Assembly (NCBI GenBank): GCA_023920165.1
Contig: CP089279.1
Coordinates: 2,418,001 to 2,482,000, forward strand
Direction of reading: 5' to 3'
Source: Curvularia clavata
Taxonomy: Eukaryota
DNA length: 64,000 nt
In this document: positions 47,701 to 57,015 of the stretch, in pieces
How positions within the stretch are numbered: position 1 is the first letter of the stretch
How the letters are laid out: every line of letters starts with the position of its first letter
The notes under the pieces: model-generated
Database searches by the model: none
What the model was told of the DNA's origin: nothing
Seen by the model: only the letters and a program-made list of their open reading frames with translations
Translations under genes and position numbers: made by a program

Positions 47701-49642
47701 GGCTAAAATGCGGCAATCTCAGCTCCCAATGTCCATGGAAGCACCCGCGTTCTCGCTGGACTACTTCTCTTCTCAAGAAGCAGCATGGAGTTTGTTCAAA
47801 CCTACAATTTCCATACCACCTACACCTTCTTATTCTCGCTTTACCATCCCTGCCAATGACTCCGGGTCACAAAGGTCTGTTAAGAACAGCGAGGTATACG
47901 GAAGCCATGGCAGTTCGAATGAGCCTTGGAACAGCGACGCATTCCACTCTGACCCAGTCACGCCCTACTCTACTGGCAACACGCCACCACTCTTATCTCA
48001 GATACCCCCGCTAAGGAATGCTCAAACAGCCAACCACACGCCTTATGGAACGTCCCCAGAGAGTAGCCATACAGCTCATAAGAAGAGCTCTACGGCAAAC
48101 TTTGCGAGCGCTGTAGCAGCATTATCACGGCCTTTCTCAAACGCCATGTCTTCTTCACCTCCAGTCCGATCACGGATCGAGGACCTATCTACATCTGCGC
48201 CCACTGGTGGTGTGACTTGGGGAACAACGACATTCTATGGAAGCGGCTCCCCTAATCAGAACAGCATGGCTGCTCCACGCCCAAAACATGGAAAGCGAGC
48301 AAGCTTTGGGCAGTCCGAGCATGTTGATGTCAACTACATTTGCGAATCTGATTCAGACTACGAGAAGGTAGATGACGATGGAAGCTATAGTATGGCAGGT
48401 GTCAAAGAGCGTAATGCGTCTGGAACGCCTCGAGATGACGATGGCGGCAGAGCTATCAAGATTACACTCAAGAACCAAGACCAGTTTGATGACGAGGCAT
48501 GTTTTAGTCATCCATTACTGGATTCAGGGAGAGACTGGCTGCATCGTATTTGGAGAGAACAGTACGCTGAGATGCTCAACCGCTGGGGACTAGTCAGCGC
48601 TCGTGCCGAAGTACTCAAGTTTAATGGGCTTGCGTCATATTTTGCGGCCGAAGAGACCCAAGGAGGCTCGAGACATGATTCGGTCCCTCTAACACTCAAG
48701 CGGTCTGACGATGACAACGATGAAAAGACGACTCAGCATCTATCAAGAGCTTCGTCAACGCTAGTACCCCCAACGCCTACTACGACCCAGATGAAGCGCT
48801 CATCTGCTCCGTCTCCAAAACACTTCTCTTTCAATCCAGAAGCTACCGAATTCCAACCTAGCACCATGACGAGCATTCTCTCTGAAGAACAGATAGCAGA
48901 TCTACCCATGGATGCATTCATTCCTCCCGAACAGTATTTGCGTCTCTCAATACCAGTTCATACACCGAGCATGGAGCTTGACGAGAGTCTCGCCGGACTC
49001 AGTACATCTCCTGGCCAGTCCAAATTGCAGCCACCTCCGAGCAGGTCGAGTCGACCGAGCCTCTCAAGAGGTACATCCAACGTCTCTGGCGCATCGTCGT
49101 GGCGCGACAACCGCCCACGCACGACAACCAGTACAGTGCCTTCCAAACCGGCGGATCCGGAGCCAGTTTACAGCTGCAGCATCTGTTGGATCCGCGTTTC
49201 AGGCCTCTTTAACCTCTGCCCTGGTTGTGGCCATGTTGCGCATATGGATTGCATGGGCGACGAGATCGGCGTGGACGAGGGCGAATGCACAGTCGGCTGT
49301 GGCTGTGGCTGTGGTCTCGAAGATGACGACGAGCGCAGCAGAATGGAAGCCTACATTGAGGGTGTCCGCGCCGCGCAAGCAGAGGGAAGTGCATGGGAAG
49401 AAGGCAGTGAGTGGCTACCCAGTGGCATCACGACGCCCGCCATGTACCCAGAGAGCGCTTATGGCGACTTCATGACTGGGGGCGTGAGTAAGATGATGGG
49501 CAGTGGCGGTAGAAGTGAAGAGAAAAGAAAGGAGAAGAGTGCTGCTGGGGGCGGCCGTAGAGATGTGGTGAGTCCTACGCCTACCAAGGCGAAAAAGAAG
49601 TCCAAGAAGAAAGTCAGGGCTTCTGGATTGAGTTACTACTGA
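44786..49642 (+). CDS. MTC5: SEACAT/GATOR2 subunit Sea3/Mtc5 (WDR59 orthologue): WD40, RWD, C-terminal RING; 1618 aa
   Basis: One long ORF; SISPAGRDIVLAS, VADVQWSP, HDRAITDINF, GATQVKWNR, YPVWRAR.TPF, RWD-like FPSAYP, ICEHNSEVA, ADVQMLAMLSCV, RING CSIC..CPGCGHVAHMDC..CTVGCGCGC. Confidence 0.92.
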   Translation: MTATTGGPLSAFQSPTFDRDVEVKVDDEIGAASISPAGRDIVLASKSGLRIIDLDNLFSLPRFIPNQSSWDVADVQWSPFAARAEWIATTRNQLALVYNLSMPYNSKKAPIEYTLRAHDRAITDINFSAHHPDLLATCGVDSFVFIHDLRSRQVPLKLADYTAGATQVKWNRQNDKIIASAHDKYLHIWDTRHGATPLSTIAGHSTKIYGIDWNRNDPSKIMTCSLDATIKLWNNVGRADVMTIPRRVIRTHYPVWRARHTPFPHGILAMPQRGNSNLWLYKHVNDSDPSTFNNEPVHAFQKHDSDAQVREFLWRSRGSTDYGIDNRDFQLISWGTDRRLQLHHLDPKLLEKAVGYRKGDRLLEEPSATRRGATYVSYRDGPIPTTTAGDRDQFGPPRQQRKGNLSTLLQNYSLKDEAYTAHFRGQTHARIQQEAVPRETMTAQPIRRNDPRVVNHITWINGVKFGGERHNNVNDFQARPNQHDRGTKYPYQEQNDLGAEISYVGNKYKKLAFEEIDVPGRYIKVSFNGPWGDYDPTTDGAKLVFLRFTIRFPSAYPKAIENGQPDSVRHRIPTPLDIEFERTTASISRERQEELVHNMHRIAATCAEQEREALEAVLSYALGERALDDSLDLGEDDGPLADLGPLPGESSSEDEDHDGEFTDEVMQSSHMNANVPLPIQCTARFSADGSLVVARIPPVKSTPGSEVFRFQITRNLRQSGLRNDIFDSFGRFTSHRAEDSDGGSSPSSSVGSWETSSAPSSSSGSGHAGNAHIGNFQPPLAWQKSISRFQSRNSLPSSGGVAKQPAKTKSTVSILFSATDDLVPSKRVLAEEYRIFGPGPIICEHNSEVARRHGFDELADIWMLCKLILSNEVPVEVLPQQYRRDQVLVLARRALIRMKRKDSGLDLASEETDNVTNTKLNARVKWGHHSVVTWLIPSLFEHFERLADVQMLAMLSCVFAEPAAREDVASAMAKMRQSQLPMSMEAPAFSLDYFSSQEAAWSLFKPTISIPPTPSYSRFTIPANDSGSQRSVKNSEVYGSHGSSNEPWNSDAFHSDPVTPYSTGNTPPLLSQIPPLRNAQTANHTPYGTSPESSHTAHKKSSTANFASAVAALSRPFSNAMSSSPPVRSRIEDLSTSAPTGGVTWGTTTFYGSGSPNQNSMAAPRPKHGKRASFGQSEHVDVNYICESDSDYEKVDDDGSYSMAGVKERNASGTPRDDDGGRAIKITLKNQDQFDDEACFSHPLLDSGRDWLHRIWREQYAEMLNRWGLVSARAEVLKFNGLASYFAAEETQGGSRHDSVPLTLKRSDDDNDEKTTQHLSRASSTLVPPTPTTTQMKRSSAPSPKHFSFNPEATEFQPSTMTSILSEEQIADLPMDAFIPPEQYLRLSIPVHTPSMELDESLAGLSTSPGQSKLQPPPSRSSRPSLSRGTSNVSGASSWRDNRPRTTTSTVPSKPADPEPVYSCSICWIRVSGLFNLCPGCGHVAHMDCMGDEIGVDEGECTVGCGCGCGLEDDDERSRMEAYIEGVRAAQAEGSAWEEGSEWLPSGITTPAMYPESAYGDFMTGGVSKMMGSGGRSEEKRKEKSAAGGGRRDVVSPTPTKAKKKSKKKVRASGLSYY

Positions 49643-50377
49643 GGTTTGATGAGGCGATCTTTCTTTTTTCTCCCATTTTTTCCCTCTAAATCACAGCGAC
49701 AGTGTATGATTACGGCAAAGATGATACCCGGGCACGGAGTTTCCATTGGCTTTGTAATATAGCATGTTTTGCCCTTTTTTTAAGCCTACTGCTTCTATGC
49801 CCGTTAGCTCTGTTTTCGAATTTTGTACCAGGTCTTTCTTCTTTTTTCTTGTTTGTTTCTGCCAACGGGTTTCCTCTCTTACTTTCTTCTTGTACGATAT
49901 GCTAACCGCGTTCAGCTACCCCTAATGTAATACAGGATGTGTATATATACTTTCCTTTGCGAGATGCATTGAGATCCTAAAACTTTTTTCCTAGCAGAAA
50001 AGGCGATTGCACTTGCGGTAGTGGCTGCTTCTTTGCAAACAGGTAAAAGCATTCGAGGGTAAGGGTCATCAAGTAATGGCTGGTGAGACTTAATCAAGTG
50101 GAAGTGGCTCCATCTAGACGAAGAAAGATTCGCAATACTCACTCTTCGTTTATTAGAAGCCAACACGGTCAGCCTCTATATGCTGGATTGGGATATGGTC
50201 AGTTACTCAAGGAATGGAGGCACGGGGCGGACAACGGTGGTGATGATGCATGCAAGCTTAATTCTACAATAGCCCACTCGCCATCTCTGGCTGTATTTCA
50301 AGAAAGTAAACCATTCCCATTCCCAGTCCCGCTTTCTCTATACATCGTACCTCTGCGACCCAATCAAATGCACGTAT

Positions 50378-51017
50378 TTACTTGAGTGCCTTCTCGGCAG
50401 TGTTCTTGAAATCTTGCATCTCGCCCTTTGCCTTGCCCTCTGTGTTCTTCAGGCTCTGGTTGTACATGTAGATGCGGCTGACCTGTGTGGCACCGACAAT
50501 GAAGACGAGGAAGTTGACGGCGGCAAGGGCAATGTTCTTGGGGCGGATGACGAAGCACCAGCGGGTCCAGATGGCGCCAGTGCACATGAGGGCGAAGTTC
50601 TGGGTGAAGGAGAGAGATTCGGCGGGACGGGTGAAGTCGGAGGCACCGGCGAGAACCATTCCCCATTTCATAACGGGGGCCCTGTTGAGAGACAAACGTT
50701 AGTACATGTTGGCGCTAATGTACAGTGTACATTCTGCAGGTGCATGTTCTAGTTGGTAGAGTTGCGCACGCGACGCTTCGGACATTGCGGGGAAAGTGTG
50801 AACCCGCAAGCGTTTAAAATATGCGTTGCAGCATTCAGAAGCAGCGGACGGAGGCGTACCAGAAGTGCACAGTCTTGGGGCCAATGGGGCTGTTCCAGAA
50901 CTTTTGGAAGCCAGAGGCCTCGGCGCCTGCAGCCGTGTTGACTCGTCGACGGGCATTTGCGCGCTGGAAGAAAGGTCGGAAGGAGCTGAAGATGCGGGAG
51001 CCGGGGCGGAACGACAT
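50378..51017 (-). CDS. MPC2: Mitochondrial pyruvate carrier subunit Mpc2 (153 aa, 2 exons)
   Basis: Exons 51017-50860 and 50681-50378; FWNSPIGPKTVHFW/APVMKWGMVLAGASDFTRP..TGAIWTRWCFVIRPKN; Arg-rich presequence-like N-terminus. Confidence 0.96.
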
Positions 51018-51351
51018 GTTTGCGGTGTTTTGTCCTCTTGCTCTGTATCGGTCGAGGGAATTCAGGAGTCGCGCGTGACCGGAGAGGGCGAGACGATCGG
51101 GTCCGGAGCAATTGGCAAAGGTGAGGTCGTCAACGTCGCGATGTCGGGCCTGAGAGTTCTCAGATGGGACAAATCCGGGATTAACAATCGCCGGTTGGTT
51201 GCTCTGGTTGGCCAAGCAATTTCGGGTTTAGTGCGCTTTGGACGGCAGCTCGACGAACACTGAATGTCGGCGCGGCGGGCGCTTTGGACAGTGACGACAC
51301 ATCCCCAATTGATACCCTCACGCGAATACGACTAGTCCTCCGCCTCTGACC

Positions 51352-51800
51352 ATGGCCTCGAAAGCATTTGCGAGTGGACTCAAGGAGCTGCGGTTCTTGT
51401 TCTGCCAGACCAGCGAGCACAGCGCTGCGACAAGGTATGCGCCTTCACCTTACAAGATGCTGAAGCAATGGAATTGTAAATGCGATTTGCGCGCAGCGGT
51501 GTGACTAGAAAAGAGCAAACGCTTACGATAAGATGCAGGAATTTCCTCACCCGCAGCTATCCCGCTATGAAGAAGGCCAACCCATCCATTCCCATTATGA
51601 TCCGAGAAGCCAGCGGCACCGAGCCCACCGTCTATGCGAGATTCGGTGCGTAGCACATATGTGAATGAGAAGAGGACATGAGGTGCTAACAATAGTTGGC
51701 GACTGCAGATTTCGGAAAGGAGAGGAAGCTGCCGCTCAAGGGCCTCGATGACAAGGCCATCGAACAACAAGTCTCGGATCTGGTGCAGAGGGGCTCATGA
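51352..51800 (+). CDS. NDUFA2: Complex I accessory subunit B8/10.5 kDa (93 aa, 3 exons)
   Basis: Not in the ORF track. Exons 51352-51434, 51539-51645, 51709-51800: MASKAFASGLKELRFLFCQTSEHSAATRNFLTRSYPAMKKANPSIPIMIREASGTEPTVYARFDFGKERKLPLKGLDDKAIEQQVSDLVQRGS. Confidence 0.93.
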
Positions 51801-52360
51801 GGAGAGGCGTGAGGAGACGAATTAAGAATGGTGAATCAGAGAGGTAGCCAGCTCACAATAGAACGGGCTCAACAAAGCGGCAACAGCCCAAAATAGAATA
51901 TACAAACGAAATGTCACTTCCATTTCTTCATATCCAGCGTATACAAAACCACGTCTCTCTTTTCAAATTATTCAGCCTCCAGGCAAATACAGCACCCTCT
52001 GTTGGATCAAAGCAGTAAAAAAAACCATCCGTATCCGGCCAGAGAAAATGGGGGTAGAGGAGTGAAGGAGGAACCTGATAGTAGAGGAATGATATAGGAG
52101 CTTGGTGGTGTAAGATATCTATTGTTCTCAAATCACAATATACAATAGGAATATCACGTTACAATACTTGCTCTTCGCTGTTCACTATTACTCGATTTCA
52201 CCGCGTATCTTATGGGTATATAAACTTGCCTCCGCCCTCTCAACCTCTTCAGGTCCACATATCCGTCACAGTTTGAACCTCTCGCCCCCAAAACGAACCT
52301 CTGAGCCGCCTCTCCCATACGACACAATTTACTGGATCTAAACTCTAAGACTAAAGTCTA

Positions 52361-52730
52361 ATGTCATCACAGCAGGAGACGAATAACGACCTCGACACCA
52401 CCTACCACAATGCCATGATCAGCATCCATTCCGCCAAACTCGTGAGTAATCCCCTTCCTTTCTCTTCTTTGGCAAATGCATGTCTAATCAGCACAGGACT
52501 TTACCTTCTCCTCGCGTGCCGCCCAAGAAAACTTCAACAATGTGGCCGAGGAATGGCAAGACGCGCTTCAAGACCTTCACATGGCCATCAAAAGGTTCCG
52601 CGAGAGAGAAGCCGAAAAAGAAGCCTTTATCACGCTTCAACGTGAGATGCTCGGCGAAATTCACGAAGAAATGGAGAAATTGAAGAAGAAGATTGCGGAC
52701 CTGGAGTCCAAGGAGGCGAAGAGGAAGTGA
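52361..52730 (+). CDS. Small coiled-coil protein of unknown function (104 aa, 2 exons)
   Basis: Exons 52361-52441 and 52497-52730 joined by a phase-0 intron GTGAGT..CTAAT..CAG; TATATAA at ~52217; heptad-like C-terminus LQREMLGEIHEEMEKLKKKIADLESKEAKRK. Confidence 0.72.
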
Positions 52731-53187
52731 GCTCCTAAGCCTAACAGATAATTAAGAAGTTCGGCTCAATTCGAGTTGAAAAATATACGTATTTGCCTCG
52801 GATCATGCACTGATAATTTGCTTCTCTATTTCCAAGTAAATTTATTCAATTATTCAACTTTACACAATACAAAGAAAATGAAATAACGACTAAATCTCCC
52901 TCGTTACAATCACACCTCGTGTAAGTTCTAGAATCACGGCTACCCGCAGAAATTTGGCCCATTTTGCGCACGTGTAACACGGGTAACGCTTCTGGAAAAT
53001 ACTTGCTCGTGATACCATAACATTCATGTATAACTAGTCGTTTAGGCAACAAGAAATAATCTCCAGAACTTATCAAAATGGCGCAGAGGTATAGGTATTT
53101 GTCACGTACACCCAAGAGATTGATTTAAAATTGGGTATGACAAGAAGAAGAGGAAGAAGAAGTAATAATGACAAAATAATCTCGCCA

Positions 53188-55538
53188 TCATCCAAGAAGA
53201 ATTTCCCAGTTCCAGTCCTTCATGACTCCGAGCCAGTGCAACCGACCCTTGACTGTGAATTCTGGATCCATGGAATTCGGGCTGAAAGCTCGTGGCTGCT
53301 CCCACTGCTGTGTCTCCTGCCAATTAAGCTGTTCTACAAAATTAACGCCGTACGGGTAGGCATCTGAATCGGGTTGTAAGGGTGTGTGCGAAGGAAAGAT
53401 TGGCGTGCAAGTGTCGCCCACTTGCATGGCCATGTTTTCTGCTGCGAACGCATCCCGTCGACTCCATACTTCCTTTGTGACTTCTAAGCACCTCTCTATG
53501 ATTCCCAGCTTCATGCGCGAAGACATGAGTTCCCAGCGCGCTTTGATCCATTCGCGTTCTTCGTGACTGGTTACCTCACAACCGGCTGCCATGAGCGGGT
53601 AGATGTGCACAATGATTGAGCGAGAACGCGGGTCGACCGTCGCTAATTCGCACAGAATTTTCTTGGCAAGTACAGTTGAGGACAGTGATGGAATCTCTGG
53701 GACCGCTTGGTGTAAGTACAACAGCGTTGCGTATTGATACGCAGCTGCAGTCCTGACTGTGTCACATGGCCTTGTTGTTTCGTCCTCTGGATCTTCGATG
53801 AAGGAAGGTGGCCTCCAATCCTCGAGCTGCGACTTGAGCTGCAGAGCCTGTGATATGATTTCAGGTGTGTTGCTATCGGACCGTCGCACCTTTCGGACGA
53901 GATTTGCTACGCGACCAATGATGGGGAATAGCGTGTTAGCAGAACCCATCAGAGGGTCAAGACTCGTGTCTGTCTCGCCGGTGGCATATATACTCTCCTG
54001 AACGGTGTCGACATCATAGGTCTCGTCGTCATCGGTGGACGTCAAACGAGCAAGGACATCCATGTAGATCCAGGTGTTGCATAAAAATTTTAGGCGAGTC
54101 CATTCCTCGCCTCGCATGGGCATGAGACGGTGTTGTATCAGCGCTTGGTTTATCAAGACCTTGGCGCCTTTGATGTGATTGATGCCCGTGCTGATGTGCT
54201 GATCCCAAGACTCGGCAAAAGCCAGTACGAGTGTTGTTGAAATGGCAGCGTCGACGCGCATATGTGGGAGACCTGCTGCCAGGGCATGAACTGCGCTCCG
54301 CATATGATCAATGCCCTGGATGCGCAGAATAGGCAAGTCTTTGGACTGATGGAAAGACGTCATGGAGACGATTGCATGGTAGAGCGCAGGACAATCTCGA
54401 GTCAGAGGCCAGACGAGAGTTCGCCAGGGGTTCTCGGTCGGGCCGTCTTTGATGGACAGTACGCCGCATGTGTCTCGATGGTACCGCCGTGACAAAGACT
54501 CTGCTGATATGGAGGAGAGTTGTATCTGAGGCGGTATCCGGCACGTGGGCGAGTCTGGTGAAGATGTATTCGAGGTTGATGGGGCCGGCGAGGGTAATGG
54601 CATGACCCAGGTCCCTGAATCTTGGTGGACATGGCGTACCAGTTGTTCATCATCGTCATCATCATAATTATCGCCGTCGCCAGTGTCATCTGTGGGTGCT
54701 GGTGGTGTTAGTCCAGTAGGCTGGTAGAAGGCTTCATGTTGGGTTAAAAACGAAGAGTATTCCTCCGGTGGAACGCTGAGATCTGTTCCCGGCATTAGGA
54801 GATCTACAAGACGGGGCGATTGACCAGATGAGGTGGTAGAATCAGTCGTGCTCTTAGCCTGCGTTGCGCTTGTGCTCTCAACTCCAAGCGTACTGGATGA
54901 TGCTGGTGCGTGGGAATCGACAGGCGACACCAACTGAAGTGTCCCTGTGAAAGACGAGGCAGTGACTGTGTTCTCTATTGGAGCAGCCATGGGCTGAGAG
55001 AACGACGTGCGTATCGGTGTAGTGTGCATGAAGTGGAAAGATGGCTGTGGCGGGGGAAAGCCAGGATTGTGGGATGTACCAGTAAGACCATGTTGAAGGA
55101 TGCTGTTATGATCTGGATATTGTGAGTGAGTAAGGGTGGATATTTGAGGAACACCGTCTATGCTTGTCAGAGAGAGAGTTTGACACAGTTTGATACAGAA
55201 AACCAACCTTTTTGCGACTTGGCTGTGGGCTTTCCGCCTTTGATGCTGGGTTCTTCAAATGGTCGCCACTTGAAGTCTTTCTTGTAGCCCCCACAGGGCA
55301 CTGCACGCCTAGCACACTGCTCACAAGTGGGTTTCTTCTCGTCACATTTCAAGCGCTTTGCTTTACAGGTAATGCATCCTGGGCGAGATATCAGTATGGC
55401 GGGTTTGCGAGCATGGCTCTAGCTGGAGTGGGTCGACACAGGAGGGCAGGTGGAGAAGAAAAAGAAGAGCATACCATTGCGGCTTTTGGACTGCTTCCTC
55501 TTGTTGACGCCAGCGGCAGCGGAAGCTTGAGAAGCCAT
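53188..55538 (-). CDS. acr-2: Zn(II)2Cys6 transcription factor with fungal-specific C-terminal domain, ACR-2-like (734 aa, 3 exons)
   Basis: Exons 55538-55475, 55378-55208, 55157-53188; KSRNGCITCKAKRLKCDEKKPTCEQCARRAVPCGGY cluster; SIKDGPTENPWR, LDPLMG, IYPLMAAGCE, LHWLGVMKDWNWEILLG. The orthology name is from memory and less certain than the family call. Confidence 0.85.
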
Positions 55539-57015
55539 CTTCTTGACACGCCTCACATGGGCTCGGGCATTCTCCGGAAAGACTAAGTTGGCGAGCGGGC
55601 GCGGGACCAGCGGTAGCGTCCGCTATGCACAAGCAGCGATGGGGAAGTTGGGTGGCTGCACCGGCTGTTTGGCAAAGAGAGTTTTCATAAGCAATCACAT
55701 CAAGTCATGGGCTCTGCAGAGACGAGTGGCCGACGGACAAAGGCAGGTAGATAAGCAGCGAGGAGGAAGTGGATGGGGTAGCGAAAGTGGAGCTGAAGCT
55801 GGGGGAGGATGCGCGGCTACTTGATTAGCGCAGTGGCTATGAAGCGCAATTGGGAACTAGAGGTAGGGTTCACCAAACAGTATCATGGGCCATGCTGTGA
55901 GCCGCGACGTGGGAACCCTGCAGTATGCGCCGATTCGACGGCTCTGTGCTCACGTCTCTGTGCTCGAGTGCAGGCACGCGTGCAAGTGCGTGGAAGTAGG
56001 GTGGAATCAGGCGGCGTTGGCGATGGTAGTGCAGACGTGATGGGCGCCACTTTGTAGCTGGGACCCTGCACCTTGTCCGTCTTGTGAAGCGCTCCACCAA
56101 CGGCGGCTCAGCCTTATGCCGGAAGCGATACGAGACAAGCGGGAGAGCAGCGGGCCAAGGGGGCGGGCCAGAGGACAGCGATGGACCTTGTGGTGGTGTT
56201 TTGCGCTGGGGGGGCTCTGAAGCACAGCGAGGGCTCGCGTCAGGCGACCCATGGCTATCAGTGGGCGTCACGTGGAGATTGACAGGCTGGCCGCCGCAAG
56301 GCTATCTCATGTGGGCGGCGGCCAATCACGACGTGCCACTATGTGTTGTGAAGCACTTGGCCCCAAGCTCTTGGTGGTTGCTTTTCATAACTTGTGCTGG
56401 ACATGGTTGACAGCGGCGTCTAATTGGCAGGCGGATGGCAGCGATGCGGTTCCGCGTTCTAGAAACTTGGCACGGCGCACGACTGTGGGCAGCTTGCAAG
56501 TCGGGGGCGAGCGGTCCGCAATATATAGCGTCATCATTTGGCTAGGGGGTGTGTTTCGAGCGTGCTTCCGCGGGGACCGAGGGCGAGAGGGCGAGTCGTG
56601 GATGGAGAGTATACTTGTAGAGAGAGAGTAAGGAGTGTCGACAAGTAGCAAGGCGAGGCGGCAGGATCGACCAGTAGGCGTGGCAGGCGGGCGCTGTGGC
56701 TGTGGCGTTGTGGCGTTGTGGCGCTGGGCCGGTGGCTCTAATGAGTGGACGTCATCTTCTGATGGTCCTGATGCGGCACAGGGACCGAGCAGCTGCAACC
56801 TCGTCGACCCAACAGCCATCCAGGCCCGCTGCCAGCCTGCAAGACAGGGATTTCTACCAGCCCTGACGTGCATGTGCGCTGCCCAGCCTGCTGCGCTTTG
56901 TTGTCTCGCCCCTGGTTCCTTTAAATGCCCGCTGCCATGCATCGCCGTCGCTGCCATGATTGTTGTTGTTGTTGCTGTGGCCGCTTGCTCTGCCTAGTTG
57001 CTGCAGGCCACCATT

